A program made the translations under genes and the position numbers. A DNA stretch of 64,000 bases from Ostrea edulis (taxonomy: Eukaryota), in assembly GCF_947568905.1 (NCBI RefSeq), contig NC_079164.1, forward strand, positions 45,012,001-45,076,000. The letters run 5' to 3'. The notes beneath the pieces are model-generated. The model had not been told where the DNA came from, did not search any database, and saw nothing but the letters and a program-made list of their open reading frames with translations. Each line of letters starts with the position of its first letter. Position 1 is the stretch's first letter. This document shows positions 1 to 12,000 of this stretch, in pieces.

Positions 1-34
1 AGTTTGATATGTATCATTTAATAGTATCCCCTAC

Positions 35-3000
35 CAGTGATTGTGTACTTGGATACATCGGCAGACACAACAACCCCAGACAACAGACTGTCATCCCCCT
101 GAGCTGGCCCCATAGCAATGTGGTACTCTTTGATTGGGGACTCTGTGTCTGAAAACCCTGTCCAGCTACACTCTATAGATTGGTCCGGCTGCAGAGTAGA
201 AACAGTAATTTATACAATAAAATGCAAATTGGAAATTTAAAGGTTTTGGCCATTGTCCTTATCGAACATATGTTAATTAGTTATTCAAGATTAATGAGAG
301 CGAGTTCTTAACCTCTAAATTGAATTAAGTCTGATACAACTTTTTTCAATACTACCTCCAGAGCTTGGATTACATATTTTATGTTCAAATGATACAATGC
401 CATCATATACCTGGATATATTCTGGGCACACCACAGATCCAGTTGTGGGTGTGCTCTCATCAATCACTATGGCACTGGTGATTTTCTTGGAGATTAAGCC
501 CACACTGTTTTCTGCCCATATACTTATGATATTTGGTTTTCCTTTGAAATAATTTGAATAATTTTTAGGATGTATATACACATGCATGTTCAAGAATTTC
601 AAGATACAAATTAATGATGAAAGAAACACAGTATCAGTAAACAGGCAGACCCAGGAATGAGAGCTAGAATTACCCATTTTCGAGGATGTGATGGAAGCCA
701 CATTTACTCCATTGCTTTTCAAGGAGGAGATGTTCAATTCTTTCTTTGCGGAAATGTCCTCAGCATAGGGATAAGTGCCCACAGCACACCAAGCCTTCAC
801 AACATCAGATTCTGTATCATTATAGTGCCACTCAGCCGACACATGCTTTTCAGACATCTCATACACAGTGTCATTCCCCTTTCCCTCTGATACCCATTCA
901 TCTGCTAGTCTGAATAAAAGTCAAAGAAAAACTTTCAAGGAACGCAAGCCACAGAATAACCCACGTTTTTATCTGACAATGCAAATAAATGTGTCCATAG
1001 AGAAATTAATATTCATACAAGATGCAGCAACCATGCAAATCAGTCTACTGCAAGCATTCAGAGACATCATTTACAACACTAACAAATATCACAAAATTTA
1101 CATTTCATAATCTTCATCTGACCTGTCAACCTCCACAACAGGAGGTGTTTGATCCACAGTAAATCCATCAGAACTTGTTTGTAAGACATTTCCATTGTTT
1201 GTCACAGCCCTAATGGTGGTGTAGTAAGTTTGATTTGCCTTCAATTCCAGATTCATTTGTGCATAACCTGAGCTGGTTAAACCTACAACAAAACAATTTA
1301 CAATTCAGCAAATGAAAAGAAAATTCTTAGACTTAACTCATCATTCCAAATGTACATAGCGTAACAGTAAATATGCTCTCCTTCAAACACATACCATTTC
1401 CAGCTACATTGCTTTCTTCCATATGAACGATGTTTTCTTCAGTAAATGGCAGGATATCTTGTTTTTCTGGTCCTGTCCCCACAGCCATCTCAAACTTCAT
1501 GATGCCATGTAAGCTGCTTTCAAAGCCAGTGAACTGCACAGTCACCGTGCTGGCATCCAGCTGTTGGTCTATCTCAAACACACCATCAGGATTTAAGGTT
1601 CCTGACACTATGTTTTCACTGCCTTCAGCTCCATCAAACACCAAACCTACAGTGATTAAGACAGTTTATCATAAATCAGGATCGAAGAATATATATGATA
1701 AGGGTTCTATTTGCACAACAAAATCAACATTTGTGCCATTGTTTCAAAGTGTATGCAATTTGTTTAAAAATCCTTATGCAACTCAGTTGCTGGTATTTTG
1801 TCACCATCTTCAGTACTTTCATACAAAATTGTTATTTTTCACATAGTTTTTCTTCTAGAAAATGTCAAATAGATTTATCTTTTCAGTACACATGCGATAG
1901 AAAAATTTGGTTTGTCCAAAACTGTAATCTATTTCCTGAGAGACAAACATTCACAAACAATAGCATTTTAACTTAATCTGAGTAAAATAGAGAAATTACA
2001 TCACTATATATGTACTCCAAAGGACTGTCTATATCAGACACATCTATATGAAATTTTTCATGATCTCTGTTATGAAATAAAATAATATTTAGACTTTCTT
2101 TAAAGCTAAAAATTTTGATTTATGAGGGCTAAGAAAGGCTGGTTTATATGCTCCAAAAACTGTAAATCTTTTTTCATAGTTTAAAATCAAATTTAATAAG
2201 TTTTTCCAGCATGCAAGTTTACACAGAGAATGGGCATATATATATTTTATTTCCTCTTTAAAATTACATGTATCCAACCGTTGTGTATTATAAAAATAAT
2301 TATTTTTTGATAACTAGTTTTCCTGGCTTAAATTGATGTAAACAAAATTTCAGAACACTAAAATTATCTCTGCAACAGTATCAATTTGTTTCGGAATTAT
2401 TTGAAATAATATATATTTTGCCAAGCCGTTGTTAGAGGACAGGTTTCCATGACAACTATTGCTTAGTCAAACCTTTGTATGCTAATTTTGTCTTAGACCT
2501 ATCATAATATTATTTACCAAATACAAAGTTTCATTCAATTCTGTGACATACCATGGACATTAAATTTTAATAGGTACATAGACCAGTCTCAAGTTCTGCC
2601 ATACAGCCCGAAATCCTGATGCTGGGGTAGAGAATTTCAAAATTTTAGTAGAAGGCTACACGCTTTTCATAACCAAACATAAAGTATTTATTTGCATATA
2701 CACAGAAGTAAAAACAAGTATTTCTAAAGATTAAATGCATTTTCCCAATGTCCCTAAAGTAGAACCCTTAGCCCAGGAGCAAAGTTTACATTCTGGTAGA
2801 AAGTTAGATGCTTTTTATAACTAATGCATTCAGTATTTCTTCACAATACACAGAGGTATACAATATTAAAGGCATCTTCCCTATACATACATCCTCTTTT
2901 GGACCTCACCCTAGAGTGTGAACCCCTGGCCTGTTGGGTCATGACCCTAGAGTGTGAACCCCTGGCCTGTTGGGTCATGAACTTCACAAATTTAGTAAAA

Positions 3001-6000
3001 GGCTGTATGCTCTTCATAACAATATGTATAGCTTTTCTTCAAGCTGTGCAAGGGTAAGGATTTTCAAAGAAATAATGCATTTTCAGTATATGAAGCATAA
3101 AGTGCCACCCTAACAACAGAACTCATGGGCCATGAATTTCCCAATTTTGGAAAAGGTTCCTCTCTTTATCATCCATAAGTACTCATTTTTCGAGGTGACG
3201 TAAGTCAGTCTCGTATGTCAGACCCCAGCTTCAATGGCGCCCTGTTTTAATCACTACCATTTGCGAAATCACTTTGATTTTTAATATAAGAAATTTGTTG
3301 TCACATATGCTAATGCAACGTAAAAGCTGTCACAATTCACTTTGAGATTGATATAGGATCCATATGTTTACCCTCTACGATAAGCGAGTTAAATAAGAAT
3401 TTATGAAATCGCAATTTTTATCCCTTCGATATGAAACAAAGTCCACACATCAAAAAGAATCGCGAATTAGTGTTTAGGTTTGTAAACAAGATCAAAATTA
3501 TTTGTCGTTTGCCAACATTTTATTCCACGATCTTAGAAAAACAGAATTGGACTGTAGGAAACGATTTGCATTGCTTCTGTATTCATTCGCATTTTCACAT
3601 ATAGACGGGGAAAACATGGTCTATTTTTCTCTAGGAATTCTGGGTAAACAGCTGTCTCCTCTTATGTCTGAAAATTATGTTAATTAGCCGATTTATCGCC
3701 TATCAAAAAATAGTTCACATTGATACTATGTTCCATTTTTATTAAACTGTTATATATAAATTCTGTTTTATGTCAGATTGAAGAAGTCTTCCTTGTATGT
3801 GATCTGTTGTATTTATCAAGCAGAAATTGTGTGTAATTAGAATTTTAATATTAAACTCTGCACTATTTCTCTGTATCCATACGCGCCACGCTATCCTGTT
3901 TATCAACAAGGAGAAAACGTCTTGCCTGAGAGAACTGATATATTCTTGCCAACGCATTAACTCAAGGTAATTATCTGAAACCCAATGCGTTAATTTCGTA
4001 CAATTTTACCAAAATATTTCTTTTGGACGCATTTTTTGAGATTTTAATACTAAATCTGGGTGTAAACATGTAATCTTCGATCGAAAGGGCCGAGCGCCAT
4101 TTCCCGCGCTCTTTCATGGTCAAGTCAGATAACTGTAAACATTGATTAAGAAATATAAATGAACATGTTTTTGTGAATATATTTGTTATTCAAGAAAAGA
4201 ACTCCATTGGAAGTAATATATTGGAAATCAAGTTTACATTTCTTTGTCACGAAATATGATTTATCTCAAGAGTTGAATGAATTATCTCAAGAGTTGACAC
4301 TTGTTTTCAAGAGTTGATATTTCAAGAGTGGAAATTTTCTTGGACTGGTTTAACTTTGACTCAAGAATTGAATGAGTTATTTCAACAGTTGACAGTTGTT
4401 GTCGTCATCAGATNNNNNNNNNNNNNNNNNNNNNNNNNNNNNNNNNNNNNNNNNNNNNNNNNNNNNNNNNNNNNNNNNNNNNNNNNNNNNNNNNNNNNNN
4501 NNNNNNNNNNNNNNNNNNNNNNNNNNNNNNNNNNNNNNNNNNNNNNNNNNNNNNNNNNNNNNNNNNNNNNNNNNNNNNNNNNNNNNNNNNNNNNNNNNNN
4601 NNNNNNNNNNNNNAACAAAGGCATCATTAAAAATATTGATATGGAAGCATCCTTAGTTAGTCTAGATTCAAGTTTGTCTTAGTTACGACTCCAAGGGGTT
4701 GGATGGGACCACATTTTTAAAAATCTTCCTACTAAGCACATCCTTGGTAGGTCAGATGTGGCAGTGCATTGTGGCCTATGGGCCTCTTCCTCACATATAG
4801 CTTAATTATGCTTGCTACTCAGTTTTAGAATGTTTCAACAGTTAACACATTTCATTACCTCAAATTGAAGGTATAACATATGCTTCTGGATTACAAATAA
4901 TACCATCCAACATATTATATCCTTCATTTAATTCGATCTTGCATTAGAATCCATGCCATTCACTGCCAAACGTCACCTCGTTTCAGTACCTTCAGTACTT
5001 TGATTATTGTTTAACGTCCTAGCACTAGAGCTCCTGATTCAGGGGCTATGGATTTCACAATTTTGGTAGAGGTGTACTTGCTCATCATGACTGAATGTCC
5101 AGGTTAAAGGACACATCACATGTTTTTAAACTTTTTAATTTTTTCAGCAAAATTAATTCATTTCATGCCTAAAGCTACTTTACATGTGTTTTAAATGAAA
5201 CAGTTTGCGTAGTTTTTGAGTTTGAAAGTGATGAAATTAAAATCTTGTTATATGCATATTTTCTTCGATATTTTAAGCGCCATTATCTGTGACGTCATAT
5301 GCGACCTCGAGCAAGAAGATTTGAAACAGTTGTTAGCCATTTCATAAACAGATTAGATTTAATTGACAAACAAACAATTATCACATTTACGGCTTGTAAA
5401 TAGCACTGCATTAGGGTGTTTTGTGCCGTTTAAGGGTGTACTTGCTGTCAGTAGAGAGGATTTGGACTGTGTTTCTTTTCAATTTTCGAAGGAAGGTATG
5501 AGGGACAAGACGTGAATATTTTTTGTCGGCACAACGACTTTGCCATAAAAAACCCCAGTAGAATTTGTCCCTGTACTTTCTCAAACAAGCACTTGGACAA
5601 AGACGTAGATACGGCATATGCTTTCCGTTCTGCTCTCAAATTCAATACACACTCGCACCAACTGATCTTCACCTTGTAACAACATATAGGCAGAACTTTG
5701 CTAGCAGTGTCTACCAACTGGTAGTTTTAATAAAGAAATTTAAAGATAAAAGATAATTGAACTTTCAATTCTAAATAATAAAATATAATATTTCCCAACT
5801 TTGAATTGAATTATAATGCTTTCACTTTTTTAAGGAACGCGTACGTGTTTACAACAACAGCACACCACGCTCCCACTTCCTAAGTAACAACGTGTAGATA
5901 ACAAAAAATAATGATTAATAAAATTGCTTGAATAAAATAATTTAAAAGTATTGTGATTTTCACAATAAGTTCGATCATTTTTATTATTATTATTTTTTTC

Positions 6001-9000
6001 TCGAAATGCACCCGTGACAGTAGGCCTAGTTGTCAATGATACATAATCGTATCATAATTTAGGTCTATCTAACTTCTCCAAAAATAAATTTAATAATAAT
6101 TGCACTGTTTATTTTAGAAAAGCAACAACGCTAATTACAGTTGTTTACAGAAATGGCATTACTAAATTGTGTTTAGACAGTGATCCCATGTAAACGTTAT
6201 TTACTCGCAAATGCAGATTTCATACTCGCTTTCCTCGCTACATTTGGGTCGCTATTTGTATGCACTGGTGGCTAAAAGATATAAGACTGGGGAAATTTGT
6301 CAACATCGAAATAAATGTTATCCATGGTAAATAAATTAGGCCCCTAAAACCCAAGTTTTTAAAAATATCTAACACTACTTTTACAACAAGTTGATCGACG
6401 AAGGTCGCATATGACGTCACTGTACCACGTGACTACCTATCTAATTAACTAGGCTTTTTGAAATCGGGGCTTAGATTTAAGTCCGTATTGTGGCTAATTA
6501 TCGCAATACTTCAGCGAACGAACTATTACAATTAATTTCTATAAGCATAAGGAAGACAAAATGCATATAATTCTGCATACTTTGAAAACACGGGATGTGT
6601 CCTTTAATAGGGCATTATTTTTCTTAGGTTTTGACTCCATACTTCAGGCCCCAGGGATACATTGACCATGAAATTCAGTTTTAGTTCCCCTTACTCCAAA
6701 GATATTCGATACCATAGTTGATGAAAATGTCCAGTGGCATGTACTTGCAGAGTTCTTTATGTTCAAATGTTAATGCATGATGAATGTCGACAAACACCTA
6801 CCGGATGATTAAAAAAGCGGGACAAACAAAAGAACATACACACAAACAAATATAAACCAAAATATATTTTTTCCTTCAGAGTGTGAGTAAAATTATCTCA
6901 TTCTTTCAATTCTAAAGCAAACAATATATGGTAAAACATTTTACATGTCAAATTCAAGACCTGGTAGTTTTTTCTCCCTACCTGCTTTATCTCCCTGTAT
7001 TATGTTGACTGGAGAGGCTGTAATGTTGGACGTACTGCCCACACCATTCTCTGACCTCAGTGACACGTAATACACTGGCCTATTCAGAGCCTGGTCAGTC
7101 AGGGACAGGGTCAGACCATCTATGTAATAGCTGTTTACAAGGCCAACTGATTTCCAATTAAGAACATCAGTTCCTCCTACAAAACAAATTCTGCTCCATT
7201 AACACGAAGATCGAGACAACTGTGTATCCTTATCGTGAGTAACATTTATTTTAAGGATGTGTATATCTTATTACCAGTATTTACAAAATTGGAAACCAGC
7301 TAAAATGAAATAGAAAAGGGTCAGAATATGACCTGGAGTGGTTCCTACTGCCAGATGATAACTAACTAGTCCTGACTGATGGTCATCCACATCCCAGGCT
7401 GTCATAATTCCCTGTCTGTCGGATTGATACACATAGCCATTGACCAATTCCTCTGCAATTTCTGCCATCACCCCAACTCTCAACCAATGGATCTTCAATC
7501 ATACACATAGTTTAAAACAATTCCACTGTTCCAGCTTGTAGATCACTTTCAGATTTTGAAAAACCACTGACTGCAGTATTAACATTATTTTTCCTGATCT
7601 AAACTGAATATGAATTTTGTAGTGCTTTACAGCTAGGGAATCATCAACTCTGGACAACTTACAATAGGTGGTGTAGTATCAATGATAACTCCGTTGGTCT
7701 CAAAAGAGGACATGTATCCTGCCTTGTTGACTGCTGCCACCCTCATACTGTACAGAGCTCCCTGTCTAAGAGAGAGTCCTGTCCAGCTGTAGCTGGTCAA
7801 GAGACTGTTTACTATAGTGTTCCATGTAAAAGTAGCTAAAAAACAAAATTTTGACAAACGTAATATAGATTATTGAGATGGATATGAGATAATCTCATTT
7901 AATTGAGTGAATAGCATTATACAATAGGACTTAACTTGGTACAAGCTAACTTATTTTAAGAAAGTCAGCATCAGGAGGAGTTAACTAGTATTGCAACTTC
8001 CTCTTCCTTTTTGCACCCCACTCAAGTGGAAGGAACAACAGCACGTTAAGCACTTTTTCACAATCAAGGCCAATCCATGCCTCCAAAGAGAAAAAGAGAT
8101 GGGGGAATGGTTTCTCCAGCCCGGGGCAGAGGACAAAAAAAGTCTCGCCACAACACTAGGCAGCAAAAGCCTGGAACTAAAGTGAGAGATAACCAACCCC
8201 CCTTCCAGCACCAGGAATCTTCAGAGAGCGTGCCAGGGAGTGAGGCTGCACCAGATTTGGGGGAGTTTGTGCCTGCCAACTTTGGCAATATTGGTAACTC
8301 TGATTTTTCTTTAGATTTAAATGTTGCTGACTTCACCCCTGTACCAGAACTTAGCTACTTTGATAATGTAGGTCAACACATCCCTTTGAAACTGAAGCAA
8401 AAAATTTGGGATGGGCAATTTGTTGATTTAGGTTTGCTGTTAAAATCAGCAAAAGAGATTGACTATAGTTTGGGGGGTCAAGGCGAAATTAAAATCAGGG
8501 ATGGAAAATTCTGCGTTGTCAGGTCTAATGATAGTTCATACCTGACAATTGATAAATGGACTAATGCCTTCATGATTTACATGAGCGTTATGTTGGAAAA
8601 ATACAGAGCTCGGGCCCAGGAGTTTTTAAAATACATGCGAGATATCAGATTAGCTGCCACTAGATCCCAAGGCTGGTACAAATACGACGAGCAATACCGT
8701 CTCCGCAAAGCTAGCAATCCTGAATCCTCCTGGGGCATTATCAGTCAGGAATTTTGGCTACTATATGTGACCGGCCAGAGTTCATTCCATAGTCAAACTC
8801 AATTCAGTAATAATAAGCAATTTTCAAGTCAGAGCAGCACATCTGCTGTTACCCAATACTGCTATCATTTCAATCAGGGTAAAAAGTGTAATTTCTTCCC
8901 AAAATGCAGGTTCAAGCACACCTGTAGGAGATGCGGAGGAAAACATCCAGCCAACAACTGTTCTTCCAACTCAGCTGTATAAATTGGGCAAGACCCCTAT

Positions 9001-12000
9001 AAGATTAGACAGAGTCATTTACTACTCACAAAATTATTCAGATAATCATTTTTTACGGGAGGGTTTTCAACATGGCTTTAAACTACAATATTCTGGTCCT
9101 AGATCACCCAGGTTTTCAAAAAATCTAACAAGTTTAGGCAGACAATATTCAGTTGCAGAGGAAAAGATTTGTAAAGAGGTTACATTGGGGAGAGTGGCAG
9201 GCCCCTTTATAGAACCACCTTTTCCAACTTTGCAAGTTTCTCCATTAGGCCTTGTTCCCAAGAAAGATGGCGACTACCGCCTTATTCACCATTTATCATA
9301 TCCAGAAAATGCTTCAATAAATTATTTTATCGACCCAGAACAGAGTTCTGTAACCTATTCAACTATAGATGATGCTGCTGACATTATTGCCAAATTAGGT
9401 AGGGGGGCTTATCTTGCCAAGTCTGATATCAAATCAGCCTTTAGGTTGCTACCAATTAATAGCACGGATTTCGATTTATTAGGTTTTTGCTTTAACGATG
9501 CCTTCTATTATGACAAGATGCTTCCATTTGGGTGCAAGATAAGTTGTGCAATCTGGGACAGATTTGCATGCTTTCTGCATTGGTTGACACAGAATCGTTC
9601 ACAAAATTCCTCTATTCTGCATTATCTGGATGACTTCTTTTTCTGCGGCAGAGAGCATTCCATAAGCAAAAATACCTTGGACACCTTTCTTTCCCTGTGC
9701 AGTGATCTGGGGGTCCCAATTGCAAATGACAAAACAGTATATCCAACCCAAGTTCTTACTTTCTTGGGCATCGAATTTGATACGGTGCAAATGATCATGA
9801 AATTACCATGGGAAAAAATTCATGAAATTAAACACAAAATTCTTGACATTATGACTTTTAGAAAGGTAACACTTCAGCAACTTCAGTCCATATTGGGGCT
9901 TTTGAATTTTGCATGTAGAGTCATAGCTCCAGGTAGGGCTTTCTGTCGACGACTAACCGATGCAACAATCGGCCTTGGCAAACCACATCACCATACCCGG
10001 GTAACATTAGAAATGAAAGCTGACCTCCAAGTCTGGCTCACCTTCCTTCAATCTTTTAATGGTATATCAGTCATTACAAAGAGCATATGGGTCAATAACG
10101 ACACTCTCGAACTTTACACTGACAGTGCAGGGGGAGACTCGGGGGGTTTTGGTATATTTTTTGCAGGCAAGTGGGCATATGCTCAGTGGCCCAGTAGTTG
10201 GTTGGCACAAGGCCTAACCCGAGACATGACTTTTTTAGAGCTCTTCCCAGTCCAAGTAGCTATTGAAGTATGGAAGCATCAATTTGCCAACTACAGAATC
10301 TTGTTTTACATTGACAATATGGCAGTGGTACATGTTATCAACAAAACAACATCAAGGTCACCTAGGGTCATGAAAATTGTAAGAAAACTGGTTCTAACAT
10401 GTCTCAAGCATAACATCTTAATTAAAGCAAGACACATACCATCTAAGCTAAATTCTATCGCGGATTGTCTCTCTCGTTCACAGTGGGGCAAATTCCGACG
10501 ACTAGCACCAACAGCAGATCCATGGCCAGCACCACTTCCCAAGAACATTTGGGAAATTTAAAAAGTGAGGCAAACAGGCTTATCCAGGGTTCCCTCTCAG
10601 TCAACACATACAAAGCTTATCAAGGGGCTTTTACCAGTTTCAAAAAATTCTTGAGTAACTGTGGGATTGCAATGGTTTTTCCTATTCCCATTGACCACTT
10701 GCTTAATTTTATTGCTCATTTGTCCATTTCAGGTACAGCTTATAGAACAGCTGCATTATACATTAGTGCCCTATCATATTTTCACAAATTAAGAGGCATA
10801 CAGGATAATACTCAATCATTCATCGTCAAAAAAGCCTTGCAGGGTCTGCACAAAAAGCGAGGTAACCCTGTAGATCCACGAATCCCATTAACCATATCTA
10901 TTTTGCAACGTGTAGTATCAGCATTGCCATCAGTCTGTAGATCACCATATGAGGCAGCATTATTTTCCACAATTTTTTCAATTGCATATCACGGCTTGCT
11001 TAGGGTTAGTGAAGTCTTGTCTATCCATAGGGCACACATTTCCCTTACTAAGAACAATGTCAGCATTCTAATTCCAAGGTCTAAAACTGACCAAATTGGA
11101 AATACAACTACGTTGCAGATTTCCAAACATGCCAATTCTGATACTTGTCCAGTGCAATGGGTACTCAAGTTTTTACGGTTGCGCCCTAACAGTGACTCCA
11201 CCTTATTTTTCATCCATATGGATTACAAACATGTAACAAGATACCAGTTTAATTGCATGCTACAGAAAACACTTAAATTTAATGACATTCAGGGACATTT
11301 TAGGCCACATAGCTTCAGAATTGGGAGAGCCACAGATATGGCAAAACAAGGGGTTTCAGATTCAGAAATTAAATCTTTGGGAAGGTGGGAGTCAAATGCT
11401 TTTCAAAACTACATAAGATTATAATGTAATGGTTTGTTGAATGGAATACAGGCTAATTTGCCAAAAGTATTCCAGGTTTCAAGACAGTTTGGATAGTAGG
11501 ATCGTCTATACCTTTTTGGGCTGGTGAAGAGGCACGGAGGAGACCGGGCGGAAAGAACCTCAATCTAGGGGTTGACATCTTTTGGAAGGGGATAAGAGGG
11601 CTAAAATGGCAAGACCTCGACAAACTGATAACAGAAGAACTCAAACATCAACCACAACCAGATGTATTGGTTATTCATGCTGGGTCAAACGATCTAACAA
11701 CAGCTGGCAATACTGCACTTAGATTTGCACATGAAATTCAATGTAGCTTGTATCGCTACAATGCATTGCTACCAAAAACTTTGCTCATTTGGTCAACAAT
11801 GCTTCCCCGTCTTTACTGGCATGGTGCACCTCTAGGTAAGGGTGGCGCTAAGATCGATCTAAAAAGACGCAAGGTTAATAAGGCTATTAAGAAATTTGTT
11901 ACCTCTCAAGTTAACGGAGCTTGCATTGTTCATGACAGAAATATAAACGTCCATCAAACCAGTTTATTTAGGTATGACGGAACTCATCTAGCCGAAAGTG

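Noticed and set aside
35-120. Apparent frameshift in the last host exon
   Set aside because: Recounting the G run (five C on the plus strand at 85-89) shows the frame is intact: AQGDDSLLSGVVVSAD.
315-866. 183-aa ORF treated as a stand-alone gene
   Set aside because: It is two host exons (674-909 and 411-541) joined by an intron that happens to be open in frame.
3190-4110. CpG-richer intronic segment that looks like a DNA transposon relic
   Set aside because: I could not identify matching TIRs, a TSD or coding motifs.
7856-7865. Conventional target-site duplication for the retroelement
   Set aside because: The 5-bp TAATA also occurs at the internal B1/A2 junction, so it is better explained as a recombination core than an integrase-type TSD.
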